From: Thermoanaerobaculia bacterium
GTDB lineage: Bacteria; Acidobacteriota; Thermoanaerobaculia; UBA5066
Length of the DNA: 64,000 nucleotides
Direction of reading: 5' to 3'
Assembly: GCA_963816185.1 (NCBI GenBank)
Contig: CAWFJJ010000029.1
Span: 224,001 to 288,000, forward strand
Shown here piece after piece: positions 22,858 through 37,102 of this stretch. Numbering within the stretch: position 1 is the first letter of the stretch; each line of letters starts with the position of its first letter. Under the pieces are notes generated by a model. The model was not told where the DNA came from, searched no databases, and saw only the letters and a program-made list of their open reading frames with translations. Both the position numbers and the translations under genes were made by a program.

Positions 22858-23506
22858 ATGCGAGACCCCTATGGTCAGCTGGCGCCGCGATACGACCGCG
22901 AGGCTGCCGATCCCGGTATCCAGGCGATCTACCGGGACTTCCGGCTAGCCCTGACGAGTACGGCCGCCGCGCATCGCATGCGCCCGCGCGTCATCGTCGA
23001 CCTCGTCTGTGGCACCGGAAACACCGCAATACCGTGGGCCGGCGCGCGCGGGCGAACGGTCGTCGGCGTTGACGTGTCGGAAGCGATGCTTCGCGTCGCG
23101 CGGAGGAAATCGCAGCGCGTTCGGTGGGTGAGGCAGGACCTGGCCCACCTCTCACTGAACGTGGCCGCCGACGTCGCGACTTGCCACTTCGACGCGCTGA
23201 ACCACATCCTCGACGCGAGGGACCTTCAGCGCGTGGTTCGTGAAGCACCGGAACCTCTACCGGAAGGTCCTCGTGACCGTGAACGAACGCTCGTTTGAGG
23301 ACGTGGAGCTTCGACGGATGCTCCGCACCGCAGGGCTTCACCTCGAGAGGATCAGCGTGATGCGGCGGCTGAAGGGACGGCCGATTCGGAAACTCTACGT
23401 TGCGGTCAAGCGCGGCGGAGGAACGGCATTCAGGACTTCGCCGGAACCTATGCCCGAACTGTCGCTCGGCTTCACTTCTCGACCGGTCAGCTCTAGTACT
23501 TCATGA
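22858..23506 (+). pseudogene. Class I SAM-dependent methyltransferase, internally deleted/frameshifted
   Basis: IVDLVCGTG, VGVDVSEAML, QDL, FDALNH, then a break near 23235 and a C-terminal piece (LRTAGL...LYVAVK) in another frame; the usual L.PGG.F.FD segment is missing. Confidence 0.65.
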
Positions 23507-24428
23507 CCTTATCGACCTTGCCGTTCAGCTTGAACTGGACCATTCCCCCAGGCTTCGCGCTGACGATCCAGCCGTGGCTCTTGCAGAAGACGCCGGGGCT
23601 CAGCTGGACGACCTCGACCTTCCCGTCCGGGGCGCCGAGGAGGCCCGGAGCCTGTTTCACGAGAGAGGGCACGACGGAGAAGTCGACCTTCGCGAGGGCG
23701 ACCTTCTTCTCGCAGTCGGAGCTGCTCCCCTCGTCGGGCCCGGTCACCGTTCCCGCCTCGTACTTGAACTGGCAGCGCTTCGTCGAGGTCTCGGGGCAGG
23801 CCGTCGTGGCCAGGGCGAACCCGGGGTAGATCGCGAGCTCGTAGACCTCCGGCACGCGCCCCGGCAGGACCGCCTGAAGCTGCGAAAGGTCGTCCCAGAG
23901 GATCCCCTTCTGCTTGGGGCGCGTCGCGTCCTCGATCGCCGAGATCTCTTCCTTCTTGTTCGGCTCCACCCGGAAAAGCGCGTTCCGCGCCGCCTGGGCG
24001 ATGAACCCGTCCGGGTCCCTGAGCGCCTCCCTGAGGAGCGGGATCGCCGGCTTCGCCGCCTCCCGCATCTCGCCGAGCGCCGTGAGCGAAGAGGAGCGGA
24101 CCTTCGGCCATTTGTCCTCCTTCGCCGCCTTCATGAGCGGGGGGACCGCCGTTTTCGCGCACTTCGGGCCGATGTTGCCGAGGGCCTCGGCCGCCGCGAC
24201 GCGGGTGTCGTTGTCGCGGTCGGTCTGCAGGAGCTCGACGAGCCGGGGCACGGCGGGCAGCGCGGCAACCCTCTTGTACCCGAGCGACCGGGCCGCGCTC
24301 GCGCGATCCTTCGCCTCGGGAGAGTCGAGCTTCGCCTGTAGCTCCTGCACCTCCTTCGAGGCCTTCTGGGCCGCGGCGACGGGAGAGAGGAACATAAGAC
24401 AGAGGGCCGTCACGAGGGCGCGTCGCAT
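23493..24428 (-). CDS. Exported HEAT-repeat protein
   Basis: GAGGAGG RBS, signal peptide MRRALVTALCL...AAA, repeats such as RVAAAEALGNIG and VRSSSLTALGEM. Confidence 0.8.
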   Translation of the reverse strand: MRRALVTALCLMFLSPVAAAQKASKEVQELQAKLDSPEAKDRASAARSLGYKRVAALPAVPRLVELLQTDRDNDTRVAAAEALGNIGPKCAKTAVPPLMKAAKEDKWPKVRSSSLTALGEMREAAKPAIPLLREALRDPDGFIAQAARNALFRVEPNKKEEISAIEDATRPKQKGILWDDLSQLQAVLPGRVPEVYELAIYPGFALATTACPETSTKRCQFKYEAGTVTGPDEGSSSDCEKKVALAKVDFSVVPSLVKQAPGLLGAPDGKVEVVQLSPGVFCKSHGWIVSAKPGGMVQFKLNGKVDKVMKY

Positions 24429-24485
24429 CGATGCCTCCTCCTGAGTCTGGAACAGATGTTCCATTGCCTCTCGAAATCCTATCTC

Positions 24486-27894
<3,409 letters not shown>

Positions 27895-27989
27895 TCATTA
27901 ACAGAACGCGCCAATGTCATGGCCAGACGCGCCAGCCCCATCCGAACCAGGCCGCCTCGGTGATCTCCGGAAACCTCTCGAGCTGCCAT

Positions 27990-28050
27990 ATAAGCTCGGG
28001 CGGCGGGTCTGCCAGGGGAGGTCGATACGTGTCGACGAAGGCAGGCCATT
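27990..28050 (+). repeat. att-like element copy 4
   Basis: ATAAGCTCGGGCGGCGGGTCTGCCAGGGGAGGTCGATACGTGTCGACGAAGGCAGGCCATT. Confidence 0.85.
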
Positions 28051-28123
28051 TCTCCGGTGTGCCTCTAGATGGAGGTGAGTTCTGGGTGCCTTCTTCTGCT
28101 CGGCGAAACGACCGTACGCCTTC

Positions 28124-30023
28124 GTGGGCCTCGTCCTCGTCTGGAACGCTCTCCTCCTGGGGGGATTCGCGTCCCAGCTCTCCCTGACGACCGGAACCAC
28201 CTCGCTTCCCGGCCTTCCTGGCCGCGGGTACGTTCTTCGCGAGCCATATCGTCGACGTGCTGCTCGTCGTCTCCGCGGGCGCCCTCCTGGTCAACGGCCC
28301 GCTCCCGCTGCGGCTCCTGGCCTACGGCACGTTTCTCGTTCAGTTTCTCGGGGACGCCCTTCAGCTCTTCTCGCACTACTTGACGGGCCAGTACCTCTCG
28401 AGGCTGGCGGTCGAGAACGCAAACCACGTTGCGCTTCTCTTCAGCCCGAGGAGGGTCATCGGAGTCGCCGTCGCGGTGGCTGCCGCGCTCTCCGTGCCGC
28501 TCATGACGGAAATCGCGCGGAAGGCGGGCCGCTGGCGCGAAGCCGGGACCCTCTCCCTCGCCGCTCTCTCTCTCGCTGCCGTCGTCGCGGTCGCCCCCCG
28601 GGCCCTTCCGGCCGACGCCCGCAAGATCCGGGAGGAGCTGTACGAGGGAAACAACATCACGGACCGGTCACCCCTCGTCTCGCTGTTCGAGGTGCTCGTC
28701 GGGGAACCGGCGCGGGACTGGAACGTATTCACCCGCGCCGACGCCGCGGCGATGAAGCGATTCGGTTTCGAGATCTCGCTTTCGAGCGCCTATCCGCTCC
28801 GGAAAGACTGGATCTACGAAGGGGATCCGCCCTTCGAGAGAGTGCCGGGAGCCCCTCGCCTTCCCAACATCATCGTCTTCTTCACCGAGGGCCTGTCGGC
28901 GCGTCTGACGGGACCCTACGACTCGCCGTTCCCGGGGATCACGCCGAATCTCGACCGCTTCGCCGCCGACCCGAGGACGATGGTCGTGACGAACTACTAC
29001 AACCACACGTTCGCGACGTACCGGGGTCTTCACGGGCAGCTCTGCTCCCTGTTCCCGAAGGACGAGGGGTCGGATGCGTGGCTCGAAGGCCCCGAGAACG
29101 GGGGCGTCAGAAGCTACTTCAGCCTCGCCGACTACCTCCGCGAGCTGGGGTACGAGACGAGCTTCCTCGACACGCACCGGCGCGGGGCGGCCCGCGTCGA
29201 CAAGATGTTGAGACGGATCGGGTTCGAGAACGTCCTGACCGCGGAAGATCTCTCGGCGCAGTACCTGGGAGGCGTGGAGCCGCTGCGGAGCGACGCTCTT
29301 TCCGATCATCAGCTCCTCGACGCCCTCGTAGGCTTTCTCGAGAAACGACAAGAACGCTCAGGCGGGTCGCGGCCCTTCTTCGTGGGGCTCTACAACGTCG
29401 AGACCCATGCCTTCCAGGATTCGGCGGCCGATGGCCCGAAGTACGGAGACGGCGGGAACTACAGCCTCAACACCGTTCACAACTTCGACCATGCGTTCGG
29501 CCGGTTCCTGGACTTCTTCCTGAGCTCGCCTCTCGCGAAGGACACCGTCGTGGTCTTCACGGCGGACCATTGTCACTACACGGAGAGGACCTACACGGAG
29601 GTCATGCGGCCGAACTTCCCCGGCCTTTCGCGCATCCCCGTGGACACGATCCCCCTCATCATCTATTCGCCCCTTCACCGGCTTCCGGACACCTTCGACG
29701 CGGACTTCCAGACCTCCTTGGACTTCACGCCGTCCCTCATTCACCTGCTCGGCCTGCCCCAGAGACCCAACCCGTTCCTCGGTCGCTCGATCTTCTCGTC
29801 CCACGCCGGGGACGATCGCGGGCTGGGCATCGCCTTGATCGGCACGGATCTCTTCTTCGTCGATCGGAGCGGGATCGCCCGCAGGGGACGGCTTCGCGAG
29901 CACGCGAGGGAGTTCTGGAAAGTCCAGCGCTTCATGCGTTACCTGGCGGATCTCGAGGAGCGCAACAGGATCTGGCCGAGCCCCGGCGCCGGCAGCGCGC
30001 GCCGCTCGCCCGGGCACGGGTGA
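28124..30023 (+). CDS. LTA-synthase/sulfatase-family membrane protein (5' end frameshifted, start uncertain)
   Basis: N-terminal TM helices; PNIIVFFTEGLS, TPNLD, ATYRG, VVVFTADH, IPLIIY. Confidence 0.8.
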
Positions 30024-30035
30024 CTCGGGATCGCG

Positions 30036-30312
30036 CTAGCGGGCGAAGAAGGTGTTGCTGACCCAGACGAGGATCGCGAGAAGCCCCACGCCGAGGACGA
30101 GGCTCCACGTGACCAGCTTGGCCTCCACCGGCAAGGAACGGCTCGAAGGGAATCTTCGCCAGCTCGTCGGCCACCTGCTTCCCGGTCGTCACCGGCGGCG
30201 GGTAAATCGCGATCCTCTCGCAAGCCTTTTCCAGTCGGGCGGCTTCGGGCGCGGGAGGCGTCGCGGGCTTCTTCTTCGTCTCGACCTCGGGTTCCAGAAC
30301 TTCCGTTACCAT
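30036..30312 (-). CDS. Small single-TM protein downstream of the YeiH-like transporter (frameshift near 30135)
   Basis: MVTEVLEPE...ELAKIPFEPFL, continuing as PVEAKLVTWSLVLGVGLLAILVWVSNTFFAR* in another frame. Confidence 0.6.
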
Positions 30313-30362
30313 GATTTCTCCCTTTTTCAGCTCGCCGTTTCGCTCTTCAGATCCTCAGGCCG

Positions 30363-31842
30363 TCACAGGGTGGGGGGCACGATGCCGTGGAAGAAGACCC
30401 ACGAGATGGCGAGGCCGATCCAGACGATGAAGCCGAACAGGCAGACGATGTAGACGAGCGCCAGCTTTCCGATGCCCTCTTCCCAGAGCTTCCTGAAGTT
30501 GGAGAGGAGGCCGATCGTGAAGAAGGTCATCACGAAGAAGAGGACGCGGAAGATGTTGCTCTCGGCGGTCGAGACCTTGGCGGCCGCGAGGAACGCCGGC
30601 GCCTGAATCGCGAGCAGCAGCATCACGACGAACGTCGCCGATGTAGCCGAAGACGAACTTCGGGCAGCGCTCCCAGATAGCGCGCCCGTTCACCTTCTCC
30701 CCCGGTTTCTTCTCGATCGCGGTGGCCCAGATGATCGCCAGGATGACCGCCCAGATCCCGATGAACATGTCGATGAAGATCTTCACGGTCGTCGTGGTCA
30801 TGAGCATCCAGCCCTCTTTGTAGTGGACGCCCGTGGCCGCGAAAGCCTTCGCCCGGATCAGCGCGTCGGTGATGGCTCCGCTGGCCACAGCGGCGCCGTC
30901 GGTCTTGACCGCAAGGCCCATCCAGGCCCCGGCGACCATCGGCTGGCTGTAGAGGAAGGTCTCCGCCATGAACGGCAGGAAGAGCAGCTCCACGACGGCG
31001 AAGATCACCACGAGAGAGGAGACCATGATCGGGACGACCGGCCTGCTCTTGATGGCGGCACCCGTGGCGATCGCCGCCGAAACGCCGCAGATGGAGATGC
31101 CGGACGCGAGCGGCGCCGACCACTCCTTGCTGAACTTGAAGACTTTTCGCGCGATCAAATAGACGAGCGCCCAGTAGATCAGGTACGCCTCGACGATGGC
31201 CGCGAACCCTCGGAACATGATCGCCTTGGCCAGCCCGGTGGCCCCCGCCGCCTGCACGCCGAGAAATGCGCCCAGGATCACGATGGCGGTCTTGATGTAC
31301 CACTCGGGGCGGGTCGCTTCCTTCAGGAAGGTGGTCGTCTTGGGGAAGAAGTTGCCGACGACGAGACCTGCGAGAAGGGCCACCACGAAGCCGGCCTCGC
31401 CCGTGAGCCCCAGCGACCAGGGGATCTTGAAGGCCGCCCGCTTGTCCGGCGTCGCCGCGATGTAGGCGACGTTCCCGATGAGCCAGCACAGGTAGCTCAC
31501 CCAGAAGATCACCGTGAAACCGACGGCGAACTCCTTGAGCTTGAGCTTGAGGACCTTGGCACCGATGCTCATGATTGCGAGCATGAACAGGTAGGTGAGC
31601 AGCAGGGAAATGGGACCCGACACCGCGGCATAGGCCTTCGAAACCGGCGCCATGGCCTTTCCGAGCGTCACCCACACGTTCGTGGCCACGCCGAAGCCAA
31701 GGAGGTCCTTTCCGAGGAGAGGACCTAGCGACAGGAGGAAGACGAAGAACCCGATCCAGACGGCCCACCAGTCTTCCGTGTTCTGAATTAACCTAGGTTT
31801 TTGCACGTCGGCCTCCTTCAGGGACAGACGAACCCCTCGCAT
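30363..31842 (-). CDS. Putative sulfate exporter family (YeiH-like) membrane protein (frameshift near 30635)
   Basis: EDWWAVWIG, LASGISICGVSAAIAT, AGAWMG, PKFVFG; many TM helices. Confidence 0.85.
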
Positions 31843-31885
31843 CTATGGGGGCCGCCACGACGCCTGAACACCCGCGTTGTTGAAG

Positions 31886-31901
31886 AGCAATTGCGTTGCC
31901 C
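31886..31901 (-). promoter_or_regulatory. Possible sigma-54 promoter upstream of the YeiH-like gene
   Basis: Minus strand GGGCAACGCAATTGCT: GG-N10-GC spacing with TTGCT at -12. Confidence 0.3.
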
Positions 31902-32051
31902 ACAATGGGCCAATCGCTAAGGCATTCCATCTGAGCGGCTTAGACAACACAAGGTACGTGGGACGTTACGGAACGGTAATGCGATGGGGCGGGGTGTCAC
32001 TGCCGCGTACCGCCGAGATTCCTCTCGTACAAAGTCTCCTCCAATCCTTCG

Positions 32052-32357
32052 TCAGGGCACGTGACCGACCATGTCGAGGCGGGCGAGCTGGGCCACTCCC
32101 GCGAGCGCGTCGTCGAGCGTCGGCCCCGTCGCCTCCTCGTAGTCTTCGCCCCTCTTGGCCTCGGCGCGCCAGGTCAGGCCCCACCGGACCGTCCAGCCTT
32201 CCTCTTTCAGCTGCCGGAGGAGGCCCTCCCACTCGCGGCCTCTCTCGCAACGGAGGGCCACGAGCGCCTGGAAGCTCGCCTTGAGCAGCTCGAGGTCGAC
32301 GTCGTTCAGCGCCACGCTCTCCGGAAGCGGTACTTCGAGAGTTCGTCTCGCGAGCAT
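32052..32357 (-). CDS. Small hypothetical protein, last gene of the acpS-kbl operon
   Basis: [15 protein letters not shown]...LDMVGHVP; GGGGAGG RBS upstream. Confidence 0.6.
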   Translation of the reverse strand: MLARRTLEVPLPESVALNDVDLELLKASFQALVALRCERGREWEGLLRQLKEEGWTVRWGLTWRAEAKRGEDYEEATGPTLDDALAGVAQLARLDMVGHVP

Positions 32358-32377
32358 GCTCGCCTCCCCCGGCCTCC

Positions 32378-33635
32378 CTAGAGGCCGTATCTCTCCACGA
32401 TCTCGCTCTTCGACTTGCCGAGAATGTCGTGCTTCTTTCCCACCTTCCGGAAGGCCTCGATGGCCTTTTCGAGATGGGCTGTCGTGTGCGCAGCGGAAAG
32501 CTGAGTCCGGATTCGGGCCTGTCCCTTCGCGACGACCGGGAAGAAGAAGCCGACGACGTAGACCCCTTCCGCGAAGAGGTCGCGCGCCACGTCCTGCGCG
32601 AGCTTCGCGTTGTAGAGCATGACCGGGACGATCGGGCTCTCGCCGGCCTTGATGTCGAAGCCGGCCTCCGTCAGGAGCCGCCGCCAGACCCTGGCGTTCT
32701 CCTCGAGCCGGTCGCGCCGTTCGGTCGTTTTGGAGACGAGGTCCAGCACCTTGAGCGTTCCGGCCACGATGACCGAGGCCAGCGTGTTCGAGAAGAGGTA
32801 CGGCCGCGCCCGCTGGCGGCACAGCTCGACGATCTCCCTCCGCCCGCTGACACAGCCTCCCGAGGCCCCGCCCAGCGCCTTGCCGAACGTCGTGGTGAGG
32901 ACGTCGATCTTTCCGAGAACGCCGAAGCGCTCGGGCGTCCCGCGGCCCGTCTTTCCGATGAAGCCGGAGGCGTGCGAATCGTCGACGAAGACCATCGCGT
33001 CGTGCTTTTCGCAGAGGGCCACGATCTCGTCGAGCTTCGCGAGGTCGCCGTCCATCGAGAAGACGCCGTCGGTGATCACGAGGCGGAAGCGCTTGTCCTG
33101 GTGCTCGACGAGCTTCTCCTCGAGGTGACCCATGTCGGAGTGCTTGTACGTGTCCTGCGCCGCCTTGCAGAGGCGCATCCCGTCCACGATCGAGGCGTGG
33201 ACGAGCCGGTCGGCGATCATCACGTCCTTGTCGGAGAGGAATGCCTCGAAGACCCCGGCGTTCGCGTCGAGGCAGGACGAGAACAGGAGAGTGTCCTCCG
33301 TCCCGAGGAACTCCGTCAGCCGGTTCTCCAGCTCGCGGTGGATGTCCTGCGTGCCGCAGATGAAGCGGACGGACGACATGCCGTACCCGCGGCGTGTCGA
33401 GCCCGGCGTGCGCCGCCGCGAGCACGTCGGGGTGCGACGAGAGGCCGAGGTAGTTGTTCGAGCAGAGGTTCAGGACCTTCTTGAGCGGAGCGCCCGCGGG
33501 GAACTCGACCTCGATCTCGGCCCCCTGCGGCGCGTGGATGTATCGCTCCTCCTTGAAGAGGCCGGCGGCCTTCAGGGTTTCGAGCTCTGCGCCGAGAACG
33601 TCGCGGAAGGTCGCGGAAAGAGTCTCGGTGGCCAT
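32378..33635 (-). CDS. kbl: Glycine C-acetyltransferase / 2-amino-3-ketobutyrate CoA ligase (frameshift near 33392)
   Basis: [56 protein letters not shown]. Confidence 0.85.
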
Positions 33636-33636
33636 G

Positions 33637-33894
33637 TCAGACCTCCACGGGAGTGAACCGCTTCACGAGATCGAAGATGCTGTCGACGGTGTTGAAGGCC
33701 TCGGGCGTCGCGTCCGCGTCGGGGATCTTCACGGCGCACTTCCTCTCGAGAAAGCGCTTGAGGGAGACCATCGAGAAGGAGTCGACGATCCCGCCGGTGA
33801 TGAGCGGCGTCGACGTCTTCAGCTCGCGCTCGTCCCCCTCCTCGAGATACTCGCGCCGGACGTAGTCGAGGATGGTCTTCTTGAGGTCGTCCAT
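33637..33894 (-). CDS. Acyl carrier protein
   Basis: 85 aa, acidic; GGIVDSFSM phosphopantetheine site. Confidence 0.88.
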   Translation of the reverse strand: MDDLKKTILDYVRREYLEEGDERELKTSTPLITGGIVDSFSMVSLKRFLERKCAVKIPDADATPEAFNTVDSIFDLVKRFTPVEV

Positions 33895-35628
33895 TCAGTC
33901 CTCCATCAGGGTCGAAAGGTCGCCGACCGGCTCGCCCCACTCCTGCGCGCGGAGGACCCGGCGGACGATCTTGCCGCTCCGGTTTCGCGGGAGCGACGCC
34001 ACGAAGGCGATCTCCTGCGGCATCGCGATGGGAGAGAGCCGTTTCCGGACGAAGTTCATGATCTCGAGCTCGAGGTCCTCTCCCGGAGTGAAGCCCGGCT
34101 TGAGCGCGACGAACGCCTTGACGACTTCCATGTTCACCGCGTCGGGCTTGGCGACCGCCGCCGACTCGGCGACGGCGGGATGCTCGAGAAGCGCCGACTC
34201 GACCTCGAACGGACCGACGAGGTGCCCTCCCGTGTTGATCACGTCGTCGTCCCGTCCCACGAACCAGAAGTAGCCGTCTGCGTCCACGGTGGCGCGATCG
34301 CCGGTGAGGTACCAGCCGTTCGAGAACTTCTTCGCGTACCCGTCGGGATTGTTCCAGTAGCCGCTGATCATCGAGGGCCAGCCGGGGCGGAGGCCGATCA
34401 CCCCGACACGCCCCGGCTCCGTGTACGGCTCGAGCGTCGCCGGGTCGAGGACGGCGGCCGCGATGCCCGGGAAGGGCTTTCCCATCGAGCCGGGCTTCAC
34501 CGGCATCCCGGGGTAGTTGGAGATGACGATGCAGCCCGTCTCCGTCTGCCAGTACGTGTCGTGGAAGGGGAGGCCGAACGCCTCACGCGACCAGTGGACC
34601 GCCTCGGGATTGAGCGGCTCGCCGACGCTCGCGAGATGCCGGAGCGAGGAGAGGTCGTGGCGCTTCGCCGTCCCCGTCCCCTCGCGCATCAGGAGGCGAA
34701 TCGCCGTCGGGGCGGAGTACCAGACGCTGATTCGCCGCTTCTCGATGAAGTCGTACCAGCGGTCGGCCCCGAACCCGGAGTCGAGGACGGCCTGCGTGAT
34801 GCCGTTCGACCAGGGGCCGATGATCCCGTACGACGTTCCTGTCACCCAGCCGGGATCCGCGTTGCACCAGTAGACGTCGTCCGATCTCAGGTCGAGCACC
34901 CACTTCGCCGTCAGATACTGTGAGACGAGCGACCGGTGGACGTGTTGCGCGCCCTTGGGCTGCCCGGTCGTTCCGGACGTGTAATGGAGGACCGACGGCG
35001 TCTCGGCCGTCGCGGGGAAGACGTGGAACTTCTGGAGGCGCGGCTCGGAATCAATGTCGAGCGCGACCTCGCCGTCCTGCAGCGCGAGGCCCTGCGCGTC
35101 GACGACGACGACCGTCCGAAGAGCAGGGAGGTTCGGGCGTGCCCGCCGGACCTTCGGCAGGTGCTTCCTCTGCGTCACGACGGCCGCCGTTCCGGCGTCG
35201 AGAAGGCGCGTCAGGAGCGACTCCTCGCCGAAGGCGGAGAAGAGAGGCTGGACGACCGCGCCCATCTTGAGGATCCCGACGAAACCGATGTACAGCTCGG
35301 GCACGCGGTCCAGGAAGAGACAGATCCGCTCGGAGGGCTCGAGGCCGAAACGCGAGAGCGCGGCGGCGACGGCGTTCGAGAGGAGGCGCAGGTCGTCGAA
35401 GGTGTACGCCCTCTCGCGGCCGTCGGACGCTTCCCAGAGAAGCGCCGGCTTCCTCGCGAGGCCGAGCCGGCAAATCCGGTCGGTCAGATGCCACCCGATG
35501 TTGACCGGCTCACCGCGACCCCACCCCATCTCCTTCTCGGCGATCGCCCAGTCGAATCCCTCGAGCCGTTCTTCGTACGAGCCGATGTTGCAGAGCCGCT
35601 TCTCTTCGAGGATTTCCGTCGCATACAT
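33895..35628 (-). CDS. acsA: Acetate--CoA ligase-like AMP-forming ligase
   Basis: YTSGTTGQPKG, ADPGWVTG, DTYWQTETG, GRDDD, PRNRSGKIVRR. Confidence 0.82.
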   Translation of the reverse strand: MYATEILEEKRLCNIGSYEERLEGFDWAIAEKEMGWGRGEPVNIGWHLTDRICRLGLARKPALLWEASDGRERAYTFDDLRLLSNAVAAALSRFGLEPSERICLFLDRVPELYIGFVGILKMGAVVQPLFSAFGEESLLTRLLDAGTAAVVTQRKHLPKVRRARPNLPALRTVVVVDAQGLALQDGEVALDIDSEPRLQKFHVFPATAETPSVLHYTSGTTGQPKGAQHVHRSLVSQYLTAKWVLDLRSDDVYWCNADPGWVTGTSYGIIGPWSNGITQAVLDSGFGADRWYDFIEKRRISVWYSAPTAIRLLMREGTGTAKRHDLSSLRHLASVGEPLNPEAVHWSREAFGLPFHDTYWQTETGCIVISNYPGMPVKPGSMGKPFPGIAAAVLDPATLEPYTEPGRVGVIGLRPGWPSMISGYWNNPDGYAKKFSNGWYLTGDRATVDADGYFWFVGRDDDVINTGGHLVGPFEVESALLEHPAVAESAAVAKPDAVNMEVVKAFVALKPGFTPGEDLELEIMNFVRKRLSPIAMPQEIAFVASLPRNRSGKIVRRVLRAQEWGEPVGDLSTLMED

Positions 35629-35633
35629 GGCGA

Positions 35634-36008
35634 TCACCCCTGAAGCACGACGCTCGCCGCGGCGAGGCTGTCCGTGTGCGAGAGGGAAACCAGAATGTTT
35701 GTTACGCCGAGGCGGTCGGCCGCCTCTTTCACACAGCCGTGGAGGAGGAGGCGCGGCGGTGCATCCCCTGCCCCGGCGACCTCGACCTCGCGCCAGAAAT
35801 CGCGCGACGTCGAGCCCGCGAGGGCCTTGAAAAGCGCCTCCTTGGCCGCGAAGCGGGCAGCGAAATGCCGCGCCGGGTACCGCTTGGCCTCGCAATACTC
35901 GATCTCGGCCGGCGTGAAGACCGTGTTCCGGAACTCAGCCCCGTCCTGCTCCAGCTCCTTCGCCATTCGGGCGACGTCGAGGAGGTCGGTACCGATCCCG
36001 AGGATCAT
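35634..36008 (-). CDS. acpS: Holo-ACP synthase (4'-phosphopantetheinyl transferase)
   Basis: GIGTDL, AARFAAKEA, VSLSH. Confidence 0.92.
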   Translation of the reverse strand: MILGIGTDLLDVARMAKELEQDGAEFRNTVFTPAEIEYCEAKRYPARHFAARFAAKEALFKALAGSTSRDFWREVEVAGAGDAPPRLLLHGCVKEAADRLGVTNILVSLSHTDSLAAASVVLQG

Positions 36009-36049
36009 GGACGTGACTCATCCCAAACGTCTGACCCCCGGGAAGCCCG

Positions 36050-36079
36050 CCCGCCATGATTCATGATCATCATGGCGGG
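36050..36079. promoter_or_regulatory. 11-bp inverted repeat between divergent genes
   Basis: CCCGCCATGAT-TCATGATC-ATCATGGCGGG. Confidence 0.5.
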
Positions 36080-36124
36080 AATGAGGAGACGGATCCCGCG
36101 GTACACTTTTCCCGTGTCCCGGAA

Positions 36125-37102
36125 ATGACCCCGCACACGTCCGACTCGCTTCTCGCGCTCGCCCGAAACTTCCAGGAATGCCGAGTCCTTCTGACGGGCG
36201 CGGAGCTGGACCTCTTCACGCTCCTCGCACCCGAGGCGCTTGGACTCGAGGGGATCGTGTCAAAGACCGGTGCCGACCCTCGCGCGCTCGAGATCCTGCT
36301 CGACGCGCTCGCGGCGCAGGGGCTGCTCGCGAAGGAGGGGGGAAAGTGGCGGACCGAGCCGTCCGTCGCGCCTCTCCTGGTCGCGCGAGCCGAGGGCTCG
36401 ATCCTCCCGATGGTTCTTCACGCCGCGAACCTCTGGAACAACTGGTCGGAGCTCACGCGGAAAGTCGCTCCGAAGCATGCCGAGGTGTCCGGCCCGCAAT
36501 TCCTCGCGGCGTTCATCGGCGCGATGCACGTCGTCGCCGCACCGCAAGCCGACTCGATCGTCGCCGCCGTCGGCGCGGGCGGGGCGCGCCGGCTTCTCGA
36601 CGTGGGCGGCGCCTCGGGGACGTATACCCTCGCGTTCCTCCGCGCGAACCCCGGGATGACGGCCACACTGTTCGATCGGCGGCCAGTCGTGGAGATGGCG
36701 CGAACACGCCTCGGCGCGGCCGGCGTCCTGTCTCGCGTGACGCTCGCCGGGGGCGACTTCGCCACCGATCCACTGCCGCCCGGACATGACCTCGCTTTCG
36801 TTTCAGCCATCATTCACCAGAACTCGCCCGCCGAGAACCTCGTGCTCTACCAGAGGATCCACGAGGCGCTCGTCCCGGGCGGCCGCCTCGTCATCCGCGA
36901 TCACGTGATGCAGCCCGATCGCACCCGCCCCCGCGCCGGCGCGCTCTTCGCGATCAACATGCTGGTCGGGACCGCGGGCGGGGGGACGTACACGTTCGAC
37001 GAGATTGGCGGCGGGCTGAGGGGGGCGGGCTTCGAGCGCGTGCGCCTCGTTCAGACGGGCGAGAGGATGGACGCACTGGTGGAGGCGTTCAAGGTCGGCT
37101 AG
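36125..37102 (+). CDS. O-methyltransferase family 2 (with dimerisation domain)
   Basis: LLDVGGASG, GGDF, SAIIH, LVPGGRLVIRD, FAINML. Confidence 0.88.
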   Translation: MTPHTSDSLLALARNFQECRVLLTGAELDLFTLLAPEALGLEGIVSKTGADPRALEILLDALAAQGLLAKEGGKWRTEPSVAPLLVARAEGSILPMVLHAANLWNNWSELTRKVAPKHAEVSGPQFLAAFIGAMHVVAAPQADSIVAAVGAGGARRLLDVGGASGTYTLAFLRANPGMTATLFDRRPVVEMARTRLGAAGVLSRVTLAGGDFATDPLPPGHDLAFVSAIIHQNSPAENLVLYQRIHEALVPGGRLVIRDHVMQPDRTRPRAGALFAINMLVGTAGGGTYTFDEIGGGLRGAGFERVRLVQTGERMDALVEAFKVG

